64,000 nt of DNA from an uncultured Pseudomonadales bacterium (GCA_964509075.1 CAZDWC010000004.1:30940-94939), one strand, 5' to 3'; positions 11,084 through 19,534 are shown, numbered from the stretch's first letter. The notes: generated by a model from the sequence alone, not told the origin. A program made the numbers and translations.

Positions 11084-11467
11084 TCATGGAACCTCGGTGG
11101 ACACGCCATCAGCCCGTGTGCGGAACTGCCAGAGGGCCAGCGCAAATTCACGCGCACCGGTATGGGCCAGCAGCAAGTCGCGATACTGTGCCGTGCACTG
11201 CGTATCGACAGAGCCCATCAGCACATGCAAGGCATCCAGATAACTGCCGCTTCCACGCAGGAGATCGTCGGCGATGCGGGCGTAGTCACCGCTCACATAA
11301 CGCAACAACTGGTTACGATAGTCGGACACGGCATACGACTCAATGCTGCTGCGCAATTCCGGCCGTTGCAGATGCACCGGCATTTCCGTTAACCCGCAGG
11401 CTGAAACCAGACCCGGCATAGCGCAGACCATGGCAATCCACACACGTGTAATCAATACGTTCTGCAA
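11084..11467 (-). CDS. Small exported protein or lipoprotein of unknown function
   Basis: 127 aa. N-terminal signal with a lipobox-like LVSAC. The stop lies 10 nt upstream of the SulP start, whose RBS sits inside that gap. I recognise no family. Confidence 0.5.
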   Translation of the reverse strand: MQNVLITRVWIAMVCAMPGLVSACGLTEMPVHLQRPELRSSIESYAVSDYRNQLLRYVSGDYARIADDLLRGSGSYLDALHVLMGSVDTQCTAQYRDLLLAHTGAREFALALWQFRTRADGVSTEVP

Positions 11468-11539
11468 AGGAAGTCTCCTGCATTCATGTGTGCATCATGT
11501 CAAACAAGCCAATGCCATGCAAAAGTTCATCGCAGTGTT

Positions 11540-11558
11540 GATAATGACATTCATTAAA
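11540..11558. promoter_or_regulatory. Fur-box-like sequence
   Basis: GATAATGACATTCATTAAA matches the 19-bp Fur consensus GATAATGATAATCATTATC at 15 of 19 positions. It lies in the AT-rich divergent region between 11467 (minus gene) and 11616 (plus gene). Confidence 0.3.
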
Positions 11559-11615
11559 ACAGCACGTCGTTGCATAATGCAGGCCCGACAACGAAACAAC
11601 AAACCGTGACTCACA

Positions 11616-12902
11616 ATGTCAAACGCCTTGAGCTCCTGCCGCTTAGCGCTGCAAATCCCACCTCGCTCATCTGCTGAATTCCCCTGGTTTGTCTTCTGGT
11701 TCTCTCTCGCGGGCATCGCCTGTGGCGTCTTCGTGACACGCATTTACCTGCTCAAGGACATGATCGGCATTTTTGATTTCCAGGGCTGGCTGCACTACAC
11801 AAAGATGTTTTTTGAGACAGGCATTGTCTATAACCGCGACCTCAGCTTGTATGGCCCATCCTCAGGCACGATGGGTTATCCGCCATTGCCCATCGCGCTG
11901 CTGATAGGCGCCCAGAAACTGGGGGCACCAGAAAACTTGTTGATATTCCTCTTGGCGCTCGAGCAAATATTTTGCCATCTTGGAACAGCTTTTCTGTGCA
12001 TTCTCAGTGCTCGCATCAATCCGCACTGGCGCTCTTTGCTGCCACTGATAGTTGCCTGCATGCTTTTTGTGCCTTCGCTGGAAGACAACCTCACTGCCCT
12101 GCAACTGGAGCCGACACTGCTTTTTCTTCTCGCAGTTTCATTGTTCTGTCTATCACGCAACCGAAATTTTCTCGCCGGATTTTTTACCGGATTTGCGGTC
12201 ATGCTCAAAGTGTATCCAGGAATAGCTGTAATCTACTTTTTGGTAACCCGGCGCTGGACTGCATTTGCAGGAATGATCTTTGCAGCGGCAGCAGCCAGCA
12301 TCGTTTCCATTTCAGTACTGGGCATTGACGAGCATGTCATATTCTACAAGCACATTGCACCTTTGCTTTTGAAAGAAAAACCAAGCCTTTTTTTCTACTC
12401 CAACACATCACTGATCAGCTACAGCCTTTACTTTGATCTGCTGACACCGGACAGGGCCAAACTGGTCAACAGCGCATTGCTCGCAGTGTTGTTAGTCATC
12501 GCCATGCTGCCGGCGCTGCGTGATGCCCCAGACAAAGAGCAAGACCATCTACGCATGACGCTGGACTTTTCCATTCTGGTTGCCATGCTCGTCATGTGCA
12601 TGCCAAACTCCTGGTGGAATTACCAGATACATCTGCTGCTGCCCATCATGGCAACTGCGGTCTTTCTCGTGGATCCGCAGCGTTTTTGCTGGCCGGCTGC
12701 CTTGGTCTGGCTTTCCGGGATCGGCCTGTTGTTTTTTACCATCACCCTGGGCGTCCACAAAGACATCAGTTATTTCGTAGACATGGAAAAACACCTGCGC
12801 ATGACCTATATCGTTTTGCGCGGTCTGCCCAACCTGCTTTTCTTTTCGCTGGCGCTGTGGATGCGTTGGTCAATGTGTGACATGAAAAACACCCCCCGGT
12901 GA
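11616..12902 (+). CDS. Polytopic membrane protein, DUF2029/GT87-like glycosyltransferase candidate
   Basis: 428 aa with ~10-12 hydrophobic helices and almost no soluble domain. Assignment rests on architecture and weak motif recall only. Confidence 0.5.
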   Translation: MSNALSSCRLALQIPPRSSAEFPWFVFWFSLAGIACGVFVTRIYLLKDMIGIFDFQGWLHYTKMFFETGIVYNRDLSLYGPSSGTMGYPPLPIALLIGAQKLGAPENLLIFLLALEQIFCHLGTAFLCILSARINPHWRSLLPLIVACMLFVPSLEDNLTALQLEPTLLFLLAVSLFCLSRNRNFLAGFFTGFAVMLKVYPGIAVIYFLVTRRWTAFAGMIFAAAAASIVSISVLGIDEHVIFYKHIAPLLLKEKPSLFFYSNTSLISYSLYFDLLTPDRAKLVNSALLAVLLVIAMLPALRDAPDKEQDHLRMTLDFSILVAMLVMCMPNSWWNYQIHLLLPIMATAVFLVDPQRFCWPAALVWLSGIGLLFFTITLGVHKDISYFVDMEKHLRMTYIVLRGLPNLLFFSLALWMRWSMCDMKNTPR

Positions 12903-12905
12903 ATT

Positions 12906-15194
12906 TCAATCGCTGTCTGTCTTGCTGTGCAGCAGGCGCGGATTCACGCCCAGCGCCGTCAAGGATTCCCGCACATGGTTGTTTATCGCCCGGGTGTTTT
13001 CCATGGCCATGACTTCAGCAAGCAATTTATTCGCATCTGGCATCTTCAGCTGACGAATCACCGATTTCACCTTGGGAAGGTTATTGGCGTTCATCGACAG
13101 CATGTCGTAGCCCATCGCCATCAGCAGCACGGCGGCACTCGGGTCGCCCGCCATCTCGCCACACACACTCACCGTTTTACCTTCTGCATGTACGTCTTCG
13201 ACGATGCGCGACAGCGCACGCAACACAGCGGGATGAAAACTGTGATACAGGCCGGCAACGCGCGGATTATTGCGATCCACCGCCAGCAAGTATTGCGTGA
13301 GATCGTTGGTGCCCACGGACAGAAAATCCACGCGTCTCGCCAGCTCGCGCGCTTGATAAACCGCTGCCGGCACTTCAATCATCGCACCCATTTGCGGCAG
13401 CTGGATGTTGTAGCCCTCTTCCAGCAATTCACGCCAGGCGCGCTGCACCAGCTTCAGCGCCTGTTCCAGTTCCTGCACACTGGAAATCATCGGCAGCATG
13501 ATGCGCAGATTGTTGAGATCCTCACTCGCTTTCAACATGGCGCGCACTTGCACCAGAAAAATTTCCGGATGATCCAGTGATACGCGGATGCCGCGCCAGC
13601 CAAGAAACGGATTGTCTTCGGTGATCGGAAAATACGGCAGTGACTTGTCGCCACCGATATCGAGCGTGCGCATGGTGACCGGATTGGGCGCGAAAGCCGT
13701 CAACTGTTCACGATAGGCATTGCGCTGCTCTTCTTCGCTGGGGAAACGATCCTTGAGCAAAAAGGAAATTTCCGTGCGATACAGGCCCACGCCTTCGGCA
13801 CCGCGATCCAGCGAGCGCACCACATCGGTCATCAAACCGGTGTTGACCCACAGCGGCAGGCGTTGGCCGTCCAGCGTTTCACAGGGCAGCGGCGTCAGTG
13901 CGTGGTATTCACGCGAAAACTGCTGCTCCTCGCGCCATATTTCTTCGAACTGGTGGCGCAATTCGCCGGAGGGATTGGTGTAGACACGGCCGCGGTAGGC
14001 ATCGAGCACTATCTCGCGGCGGTCGAGTTGCTGGTAGGGCAGATCCACCACGCCCATCACGGTGGGAATACCCATCGCACGCGCCAGTATCGCCACATGC
14101 GAAGATCCGGACCCACGCACGGAAATCAGGCCGACCAGCCGATCCTCCGGCACTTCGCCGAGCATGGAGGCTGTCAGTTCTTCGCCGACCAGAATGGTGC
14201 GCGGCGGATAATCGGTGCGCTTCTCGCGCTTGTGCTGCTGATCCAGCGCTGCCAGCACGCGCAAGCCGAGATCGCGCACATCGGTGGCGCGCTCGCGCAG
14301 GTAGCTGTCGTCCATCGCCTCGAAGGTGCGCACGTGTTCGAGAATGACTTGTGCCAATGCCGAGCGCGCCTGCAGCGATTCACTGACTATGCGGTTGACG
14401 ATCTCGCCACCCAGTGCGTTGTCGGTGAGCATGCCGAGATAGACATCAAACAGTGCGCGCTCCTCTTCGCGCAGGCGGTGCTGCAACTGTTCGGACAATT
14501 CCTGCAATTCACGTCGCACCCGACACAGTGCTGCGTTGAAGTAGCCCAATTCGGCCTCGACGTCATCGCTGGTGGCAATCTGTACGCCGAGAAGATCTGC
14601 CGTCGGGTAGATGACGGCGACTTCGCCAATCGCCACACCCTGTGCGCCGCAGACGCCCTGAAACGTCGCCTCCGGCGGCCGGTAACCGTGCAGGGCGACC
14701 TGGTTCAGCGAACCCGTGGCCTCGGCGTGGGCAATGACTGCCGCCAACTGCGCCGACAGCGTTACCAGAAACGCTTCTTCCGGCTCACCGAACTTGCGCT
14801 GTTCGACCTGCTGCACAACCAGCACGCCCAGCACTTTTCCCAGATGCAGGATGGGGCAACCGAGAAAAGAGCGGAAGCGCTCTTCGCCGGTTTCAGGGAA
14901 ATAGCGGTATTGCGGGTGAGATTCGGCATCCTCGAGGTTGATCGGCTCCTCGCGTTTTGCCACCAGACCGACCAGACCTTCCTCCAGACCCAGACTGACG
15001 CGACCAACCGATTCGCGATTCAAGCCCTCGGTGGCCATGAGGATGTAGCGCTGGCTGGCGGTGTCCAGCAGGTAGATGGAACACACTTCCGTGGCCATTT
15101 CCGCACGCACGCGCTGCACGATCAGCCACAGGGCCTGTTCGAGATTGGCCGCGGCATTGACCTCCTGTACTACCTTGCGCAACGCGCTGAGCAT
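12906..15194 (-). CDS. ptsP: Phosphoenolpyruvate-protein phosphotransferase PtsP (EI-Ntr, GAF-domain enzyme I)
   Basis: 762 aa. N-terminal GAF region, active-site His region GSGSSHVAILARAMGIPTV, and C-terminal FLSVGTNDLTQY. Confidence 0.95.
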   Translation of the reverse strand: MLSALRKVVQEVNAAANLEQALWLIVQRVRAEMATEVCSIYLLDTASQRYILMATEGLNRESVGRVSLGLEEGLVGLVAKREEPINLEDAESHPQYRYFPETGEERFRSFLGCPILHLGKVLGVLVVQQVEQRKFGEPEEAFLVTLSAQLAAVIAHAEATGSLNQVALHGYRPPEATFQGVCGAQGVAIGEVAVIYPTADLLGVQIATSDDVEAELGYFNAALCRVRRELQELSEQLQHRLREEERALFDVYLGMLTDNALGGEIVNRIVSESLQARSALAQVILEHVRTFEAMDDSYLRERATDVRDLGLRVLAALDQQHKREKRTDYPPRTILVGEELTASMLGEVPEDRLVGLISVRGSGSSHVAILARAMGIPTVMGVVDLPYQQLDRREIVLDAYRGRVYTNPSGELRHQFEEIWREEQQFSREYHALTPLPCETLDGQRLPLWVNTGLMTDVVRSLDRGAEGVGLYRTEISFLLKDRFPSEEEQRNAYREQLTAFAPNPVTMRTLDIGGDKSLPYFPITEDNPFLGWRGIRVSLDHPEIFLVQVRAMLKASEDLNNLRIMLPMISSVQELEQALKLVQRAWRELLEEGYNIQLPQMGAMIEVPAAVYQARELARRVDFLSVGTNDLTQYLLAVDRNNPRVAGLYHSFHPAVLRALSRIVEDVHAEGKTVSVCGEMAGDPSAAVLLMAMGYDMLSMNANNLPKVKSVIRQLKMPDANKLLAEVMAMENTRAINNHVRESLTALGVNPRLLHSKTDSD

Positions 15195-15203
15195 CGGGCT
15201 CTC

Positions 15204-15710
15204 CTAAACAGGGCTGTGCGATCTGGCGGTAAGAGCCAGATGGCAGGGAGCAAGTTCCTTGAGCGCACTGCGATATACCTCACGCTTGAACGGCACCACT
15301 CGCGTCAGAGGATACCAGTAACTGACCCAGCGCCAATGATCAAATTCCGGGGGTTCTGTGCCGTTATCGAATTGAATGCTGTCCTCGGCACCCAGCATCT
15401 GCAGCATGAACCACTTCTGCTTCTGACCGATGCACAGCGGGCTCTGGTTCTTGCGCACCAGGCGCGGCGGCAGGCGATAGCGCAGCCAGCCGCGGGTACA
15501 GCCCAGGATGCGCACGTCCGCGGGCGTCAGGCCCACCTCTTCGTGCAACTCGCGAAACAAGGCTGCTTCCGGGTCTTCCTGATGCTGGATACCGCCCTGT
15601 GGAAACTGCCAGGCATCAAGTCCGCCCACGCGGCGCGCCCACAGCAACTCACCCTGAGCATTTGCCAGCATGATGCCTACATTGGGGCGAAAACCTTCGG
15701 CGTCTACCAC
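15204..15710 (-). CDS. rppH: RNA pyrophosphohydrolase RppH (NudH)
   Basis: 168 aa. Nudix box [23 protein letters not shown]. It follows the conserved rppH-ptsP arrangement, with a 9-nt gap. Confidence 0.94.
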   Translation of the reverse strand: MVDAEGFRPNVGIMLANAQGELLWARRVGGLDAWQFPQGGIQHQEDPEAALFRELHEEVGLTPADVRILGCTRGWLRYRLPPRLVRKNQSPLCIGQKQKWFMLQMLGAEDSIQFDNGTEPPEFDHWRWVSYWYPLTRVVPFKREVYRSALKELAPCHLALTARSHSPV

Positions 15711-15776
15711 GAATCAGCTCTCCATTACGTCGTCATTGTTCCATAGTTCACCGCGTGGGCAAAGTGGCTCATCCTT

Positions 15777-15836
15777 CTGTTACCTGAGACATCCTCGCAT
15801 GCCTTTCGGTAACACAAGGCGAGTAGTTTGGTAACA
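15777..15836 (+). promoter_or_regulatory. Candidate upstream activating sequence for a sigma54 enhancer-binding protein (CbrB-like half-sites)
   Basis: CTGTTACC (15777-15784) and its reverse complement GGTAACA occur twice (15808-15814, 15830-15836). The sites are centred roughly 105-157 bp upstream of the predicted transcription start. Confidence 0.5.
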
Positions 15837-15879
15837 ACTCGACGTCCCGCACGTGATGCAGTTGGCATAACTACGCGCT

Positions 15880-15892
15880 TAACGGTTTGATT
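15880..15892 (-). promoter_or_regulatory. IHF-consensus match between UAS and -24/-12 promoter
   Basis: The minus strand reads AATCAAACCGTTA, which matches WATCAANNNNTTR. Confidence 0.4.
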
Positions 15893-15911
15893 TCACAAGC
15901 CAAACGCCAAC

Positions 15912-15926
15912 TGGCACACGCTTTGC
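15912..15926 (+). promoter_or_regulatory. sigma54 (RpoN) -24/-12 promoter
   Basis: TGGCACACGCTTTGC equals the TGGCAC-N5-TTGC consensus. GG at 15913-14 and GC at 15925-26 are separated by exactly 10 nt. Confidence 0.7.
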
Positions 15927-15937
15927 GTTATTACTCG

Positions 15938-16172
15938 TGCACAACAAGAACAACAGACGAACAATAACAACCGCCTTGAGTAGAGTGACAGCAAGAAAGT
16001 GAGTGAGAAAACACGCAACAACAGCAATAAATGCGTCAGCCCCACAAAAACAAACGGGCAATAAAACCAAGGTCTAACAAAGTGGAAGATCAGGAAGGGA
16101 CAGCGGCATAGTGCAAACACTGTGTGCGGCTGTTAAGCAAAAGGCCAGAACGGGCGACCGTTCTGGCCTTTC
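15938..16172 (+). ncRNA. Predicted sigma54-dependent A/C-rich small RNA (CrcZ-like Hfq/Crc-titrating sRNA candidate)
   Basis: No credible ORF in the region. A G-poor tract with clustered AAnAAnAA motifs (15943-15970, 16046-16053) and other A-rich runs begins ~12 nt after the -12 element. It ends at the stem-loop 16143-16168. Both ends are predicted, not mapped. Confidence 0.55.
16143..16168. terminator. Bidirectional intrinsic terminator (sRNA candidate on plus, GST gene on minus)
   Basis: GGCCAGAACGG-GCGA-CCGTTCTGGCC forms an 11-bp stem. It is followed by TTTCTG on the plus strand and TTTTGCTT on the minus strand. Confidence 0.7.
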
Positions 16173-16189
16173 TGCGTAAAGGGTATACG

Positions 16190-16834
16190 CTAGCGAACCA
16201 GACCCTGCACAAAGGCGCGCTCTTCCGGCAACACGGCAGCAAAACTCGGGCGAGCCAATACCCGCTCCAGCCAGGCATGCAGCTTCGGCCAGCGTTTGCG
16301 CTCCAGATGCTCACCGCCATGCTCCATATTGATGATCATGCAGGCAATGGCCACATCTGCCAGCGACAGGCGCTCCCCGGCAAAGAACGCCGACTCGCCC
16401 AGCTCGCGCTCCAGATACTCGAAATGCTCGATGGATGCCTGCAGCGCCTCGGCGACCTTTTCCTCACGGCAATGTCGCCCGAACAGCAGGTTGACCACAC
16501 GCTCGTGAAAAATTGCCTCCAATGCGCCTCGTAGTTCGTAGTCGGCGTATTTCTCGAACCACTCGCAGCGCGCTGCCAGCCAGGGGTCAGCTGGAACCAG
16601 CGGCGGTTCGGGAAAACAACGTTCCAGATAATGCGTGATGACACCGGAGTCCGGCAGGAAGTGACCATTGTGTTCCAGCACCGGGATGCGCTTTAGCGGA
16701 TTCAGTTCACGAAACTCATCCGGCAAGGGAAAGCTGGTGGCAACCAACTCGTAAGGCAGATGCTTTTCCAGCAGGGCAACGCGCACCTTGCGCACGAAAG
16801 GCGACAACGCTACACCGTGTATCCTGATACTCAT
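16190..16834 (-). CDS. Glutathione S-transferase family protein
   Basis: N-terminal thioredoxin-like fold (MSIRIHGVALSPFVRKVRVALLEKHLPYELV...RIPVLEH) and a helical C-terminal domain. Start chosen at 16834, preceded by AGAGGA. The track ORF extends to 16951. Confidence 0.85.
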   Translation of the reverse strand: MSIRIHGVALSPFVRKVRVALLEKHLPYELVATSFPLPDEFRELNPLKRIPVLEHNGHFLPDSGVITHYLERCFPEPPLVPADPWLAARCEWFEKYADYELRGALEAIFHERVVNLLFGRHCREEKVAEALQASIEHFEYLERELGESAFFAGERLSLADVAIACMIINMEHGGEHLERKRWPKLHAWLERVLARPSFAAVLPEERAFVQGLVR

Positions 16835-16949
16835 TGCGACATCCTCTGCCCGACAGCCATCGTTGACGACAGCCAACATTATAGATGGTGGTGGGCGACT
16901 GGGCAGCGCTTTATACTGCCGACTTTCTTCTCGCTGAAAGATATATACC

Positions 16950-17084
16950 ATGCACCGTTTGCTGACCTGCTCCCTGTTCGCCCTGCTACTGACTGCCTGC
17001 GGTCAGACCGGCCCGCTGTATCTGCCCCAGGATGCGCCAGCACCCAAACCAGCTGTCCAGAAGCCGGCCACCGAGGTTCGCTGA
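16950..17084 (+). CDS. lptM: Small lipoprotein LptM (YifL family)
   Basis: 44-aa ORF below the track threshold: MHRLLTCSLFALLLTACGQTGPLYLPQDAPAPKPAVQKPATEVR. It has a lipobox (LTAC) followed by GxxGPLYLP. Position immediately upstream of lysA is typical for this family. Confidence 0.8.
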   Translation: MHRLLTCSLFALLLTACGQTGPLYLPQDAPAPKPAVQKPATEVR

Positions 17085-17085
17085 G

Positions 17086-18348
17086 ATGAGCATGCAGTTG
17101 CAGGTGTTCACGCACCATCAGGGTGAACTGTGCGCCGAAGGCGTGAAGCTGACGGACATCGCCACGCGACACGGCACGCCAACCTACGTCTACAGTCGCG
17201 CGGCCATCACCGCCAGTTACCACGCCTACACCGAGGCACTGACAGGTTGCGACCACCGCGTGTGCTTTGCGGTCAAGGCCAATTCCAATCTCGCCGTGCT
17301 CAATGTGCTGGCGCGACTGGGCGCCGGTTTTGACATCGTTTCCGTCGGCGAGCTGGAGCGCGTGCTCGCTGCAGGCGGCAATCCTGATGGCATCGTGTTT
17401 TCCGGCGTCGGCAAACGCGAGGATGAAATTGCGCGCGCGCTGGATGTCGGCATCCACTGCTTCAATGTGGAATCGCGTGCAGAGTTGCATCGCATCCAGG
17501 CTGTCGCCGCACGCATGGATCGCAAGGCGCCGGTTTCACTGCGCGTGAATCCGGATGTGGATGCCAACACGCATCCGTACATTTCCACCGGGCTGAGAGA
17601 AAACAAATTCGGCATCGACATGATCGAAGCGCTCGATGTATACCGCGAGGCCAGCAAGCTGTCGCACATCAGCCTCAAGGGTATCGACTGTCACATCGGC
17701 TCACAACTCACCGAACTGACGCCATTTCTCGACGCACTGGAGCGCGTACTCGCTCTCATCGACAAACTCGCGGCAGAAAACATTACGCTGGAACATCTCG
17801 ATATTGGCGGCGGACTGGGTGTTGTTTACCGTCCCGGCGAACACGCACCGACACCTGGCGATTACATGAAAACCCTGCGTGCACATCTCGGCGAACGCAA
17901 GCTGAAAATTCTTGTCGAGCCCGGCCGCTCCATTGTCGCCAATGCCGGCGTGTTGCTGACGCGTGTCGATCTGCTGAAATCCACACCGTCGCACCACTTT
18001 GCCGTGGTGGATGCAGCAATGAATGACCTGATTCGCCCGGCGTTATACCAGGCCTGGCAACACATCGAACCGGTGCAACCGCACGCCGGCAAACCGCATG
18101 TATTCGATATTGTCGGACCGATCTGTGAAACCGGTGATTTTCTCGGCAAAGCGCGCGAGTTGACACTGGACGCGAATGATCTACTCGCCATTCACGGCAG
18201 CGGCGCCTACGGCTTTGTGATGAGTTCCAACTACAACAGCCGCCCGCGCGCCGCTGAAGTCATGGTGGATGGCACACAGGTTTTCACCGTGCGTGCGCGC
18301 GAAACGCTCGAAGACTTGTGGCGAGGAGAATCACTGCTGCCGCTGTAG
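17086..18348 (+). CDS. lysA: Diaminopimelate decarboxylase
   Basis: PLP-lysine region CFAVKANSNLAVLNVL, DIGGGLGV, and C-terminal CETGD. Start chosen at MSMQLQVF (17086), 1 nt after the lptM stop. Confidence 0.95.
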   Translation: MSMQLQVFTHHQGELCAEGVKLTDIATRHGTPTYVYSRAAITASYHAYTEALTGCDHRVCFAVKANSNLAVLNVLARLGAGFDIVSVGELERVLAAGGNPDGIVFSGVGKREDEIARALDVGIHCFNVESRAELHRIQAVAARMDRKAPVSLRVNPDVDANTHPYISTGLRENKFGIDMIEALDVYREASKLSHISLKGIDCHIGSQLTELTPFLDALERVLALIDKLAAENITLEHLDIGGGLGVVYRPGEHAPTPGDYMKTLRAHLGERKLKILVEPGRSIVANAGVLLTRVDLLKSTPSHHFAVVDAAMNDLIRPALYQAWQHIEPVQPHAGKPHVFDIVGPICETGDFLGKARELTLDANDLLAIHGSGAYGFVMSSNYNSRPRAAEVMVDGTQVFTVRARETLEDLWRGESLLPL

Positions 18349-18355
18349 CAGATCG

Positions 18356-18817
18356 TCAATTCGCCAGCGCGAGAATGTGCTGCCACTGTGCGACCGTCAC
18401 GGGCGTGATCGATAGGCGGCTACCGCGCGCAATCACTGCCATGCCTTCCAGCTGCGGCTGTTGCTTCAATGTCTGCAGCGAAACCGTCTTCGCGAACTGG
18501 CGCTCGAATTTCACATCGACACGAAACCAGCGCGGATTCTCCGCCGTCGCTTTCGGATCAAAGTATTTGCTCTCGGGATCCTGTGCCGTGACATCGGGAT
18601 AGCCGGCCTTGGCGATTTGCACAATGCCGACGATACCCGGCTCCGCACAATTGGAGTGGTAGAAAAACGCCTTGTCACCCACCTGCATCTCGTCACGCAT
18701 CATGTTGCGTGCCTGATAGTTGCGCACACCATCCCATGGCTCGGTCTGTTTCGGACGCTTCTGCAAATCCTCGATGCCGAAAGTATCCGGCTCGGATTTC
18801 ATCAACCAGTATTTCAC
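18356..18817 (-). CDS. EVE (PUA-like) domain protein
   Basis: 153 aa. MKYWLMKSEPDTFGIEDL...WDGVRNYQARNMMRDEM...FFYHSN is the canonical EVE-domain opening. It starts 3 nt after the phoU stop. Confidence 0.85.
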   Translation of the reverse strand: MKYWLMKSEPDTFGIEDLQKRPKQTEPWDGVRNYQARNMMRDEMQVGDKAFFYHSNCAEPGIVGIVQIAKAGYPDVTAQDPESKYFDPKATAENPRWFRVDVKFERQFAKTVSLQTLKQQPQLEGMAVIARGSRLSITPVTVAQWQHILALAN

Positions 18818-18820
18818 ATT

Positions 18821-19534
18821 TTATTCCTGAACCAGCTTTTCCATCTCCGGCAGGCTGAGATGACGTGCATCCTTGCCTTTCACCAGATAAATGACCTGCT
18901 CGGCAATATTGCGGGCGTGATCGCCAATACGTTCCAGTGAGCGCAGCGCCCACAGCACATTCAGCACGCGCGAAATAGTGCGGGGATCTTCCATCATGAA
19001 AGTGATCAGCTCACGCATTGCTGAACCGTATTCCTGATCCACTTCCTTGTCTTCCCGCGCCACCATCAGCGCCAGATCAGCATCGTAACGCGCAAACGAC
19101 GTCAGCGAATCGCGCACCATGTTGCGCACATGGCTGCCGATATGACGAATCTCGACGTAACCACGCGGCGAATCACCCTGCTCGGAAAGAATAATGGCCA
19201 TCTTGGCAATTTTTGCCGATTCGTCGCCAATGCGCTCCAGATCGCGCACGATTTTTGCCACCGCCAACACCATGCGCAAATCGCTGGCTGCAGGCTGACG
19301 ACGTGCGAGAATGCGCGTGCATTCCTCGTCGATGCTGATCTCGAAATTATTGCTCTGCACTTCTGCCGTCAAAACTTGCTGTGCCAAATCACTGTCGGCC
19401 GTTTCCAGACTCTGGATGCAGTCGAGCAGCTGTTGTTCAACCACGCCACCCATTTGTAGCAAATGCGCTTTCAGCGCCTCCAGATCCGAATTGAACTGGC
19501 GGGAGATGTGCTGATCGAAATTCAAGGTGTCCAT
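18821..19534 (-). CDS. phoU: Phosphate signalling complex protein PhoU
   Basis: 237 aa with two PhoU repeats carrying ERIGDESAKIAK and ERIGDHARNIAE. Confidence 0.95.
   Translation of the reverse strand: MDTLNFDQHISRQFNSDLEALKAHLLQMGGVVEQQLLDCIQSLETADSDLAQQVLTAEVQSNNFEISIDEECTRILARRQPAASDLRMVLAVAKIVRDLERIGDESAKIAKMAIILSEQGDSPRGYVEIRHIGSHVRNMVRDSLTSFARYDADLALMVAREDKEVDQEYGSAMRELITFMMEDPRTISRVLNVLWALRSLERIGDHARNIAEQVIYLVKGKDARHLSLPEMEKLVQE

Noticed and set aside
15879-16120. Two overlapping minus-strand ORFs (63 and 75 aa) in the rppH-GST gap
   Set aside because: They are low-complexity Leu/Phe/Cys/Val translations of the complement of an A/C-rich tract, with no RBS. The region is better explained by the sigma54 promoter plus sRNA model.
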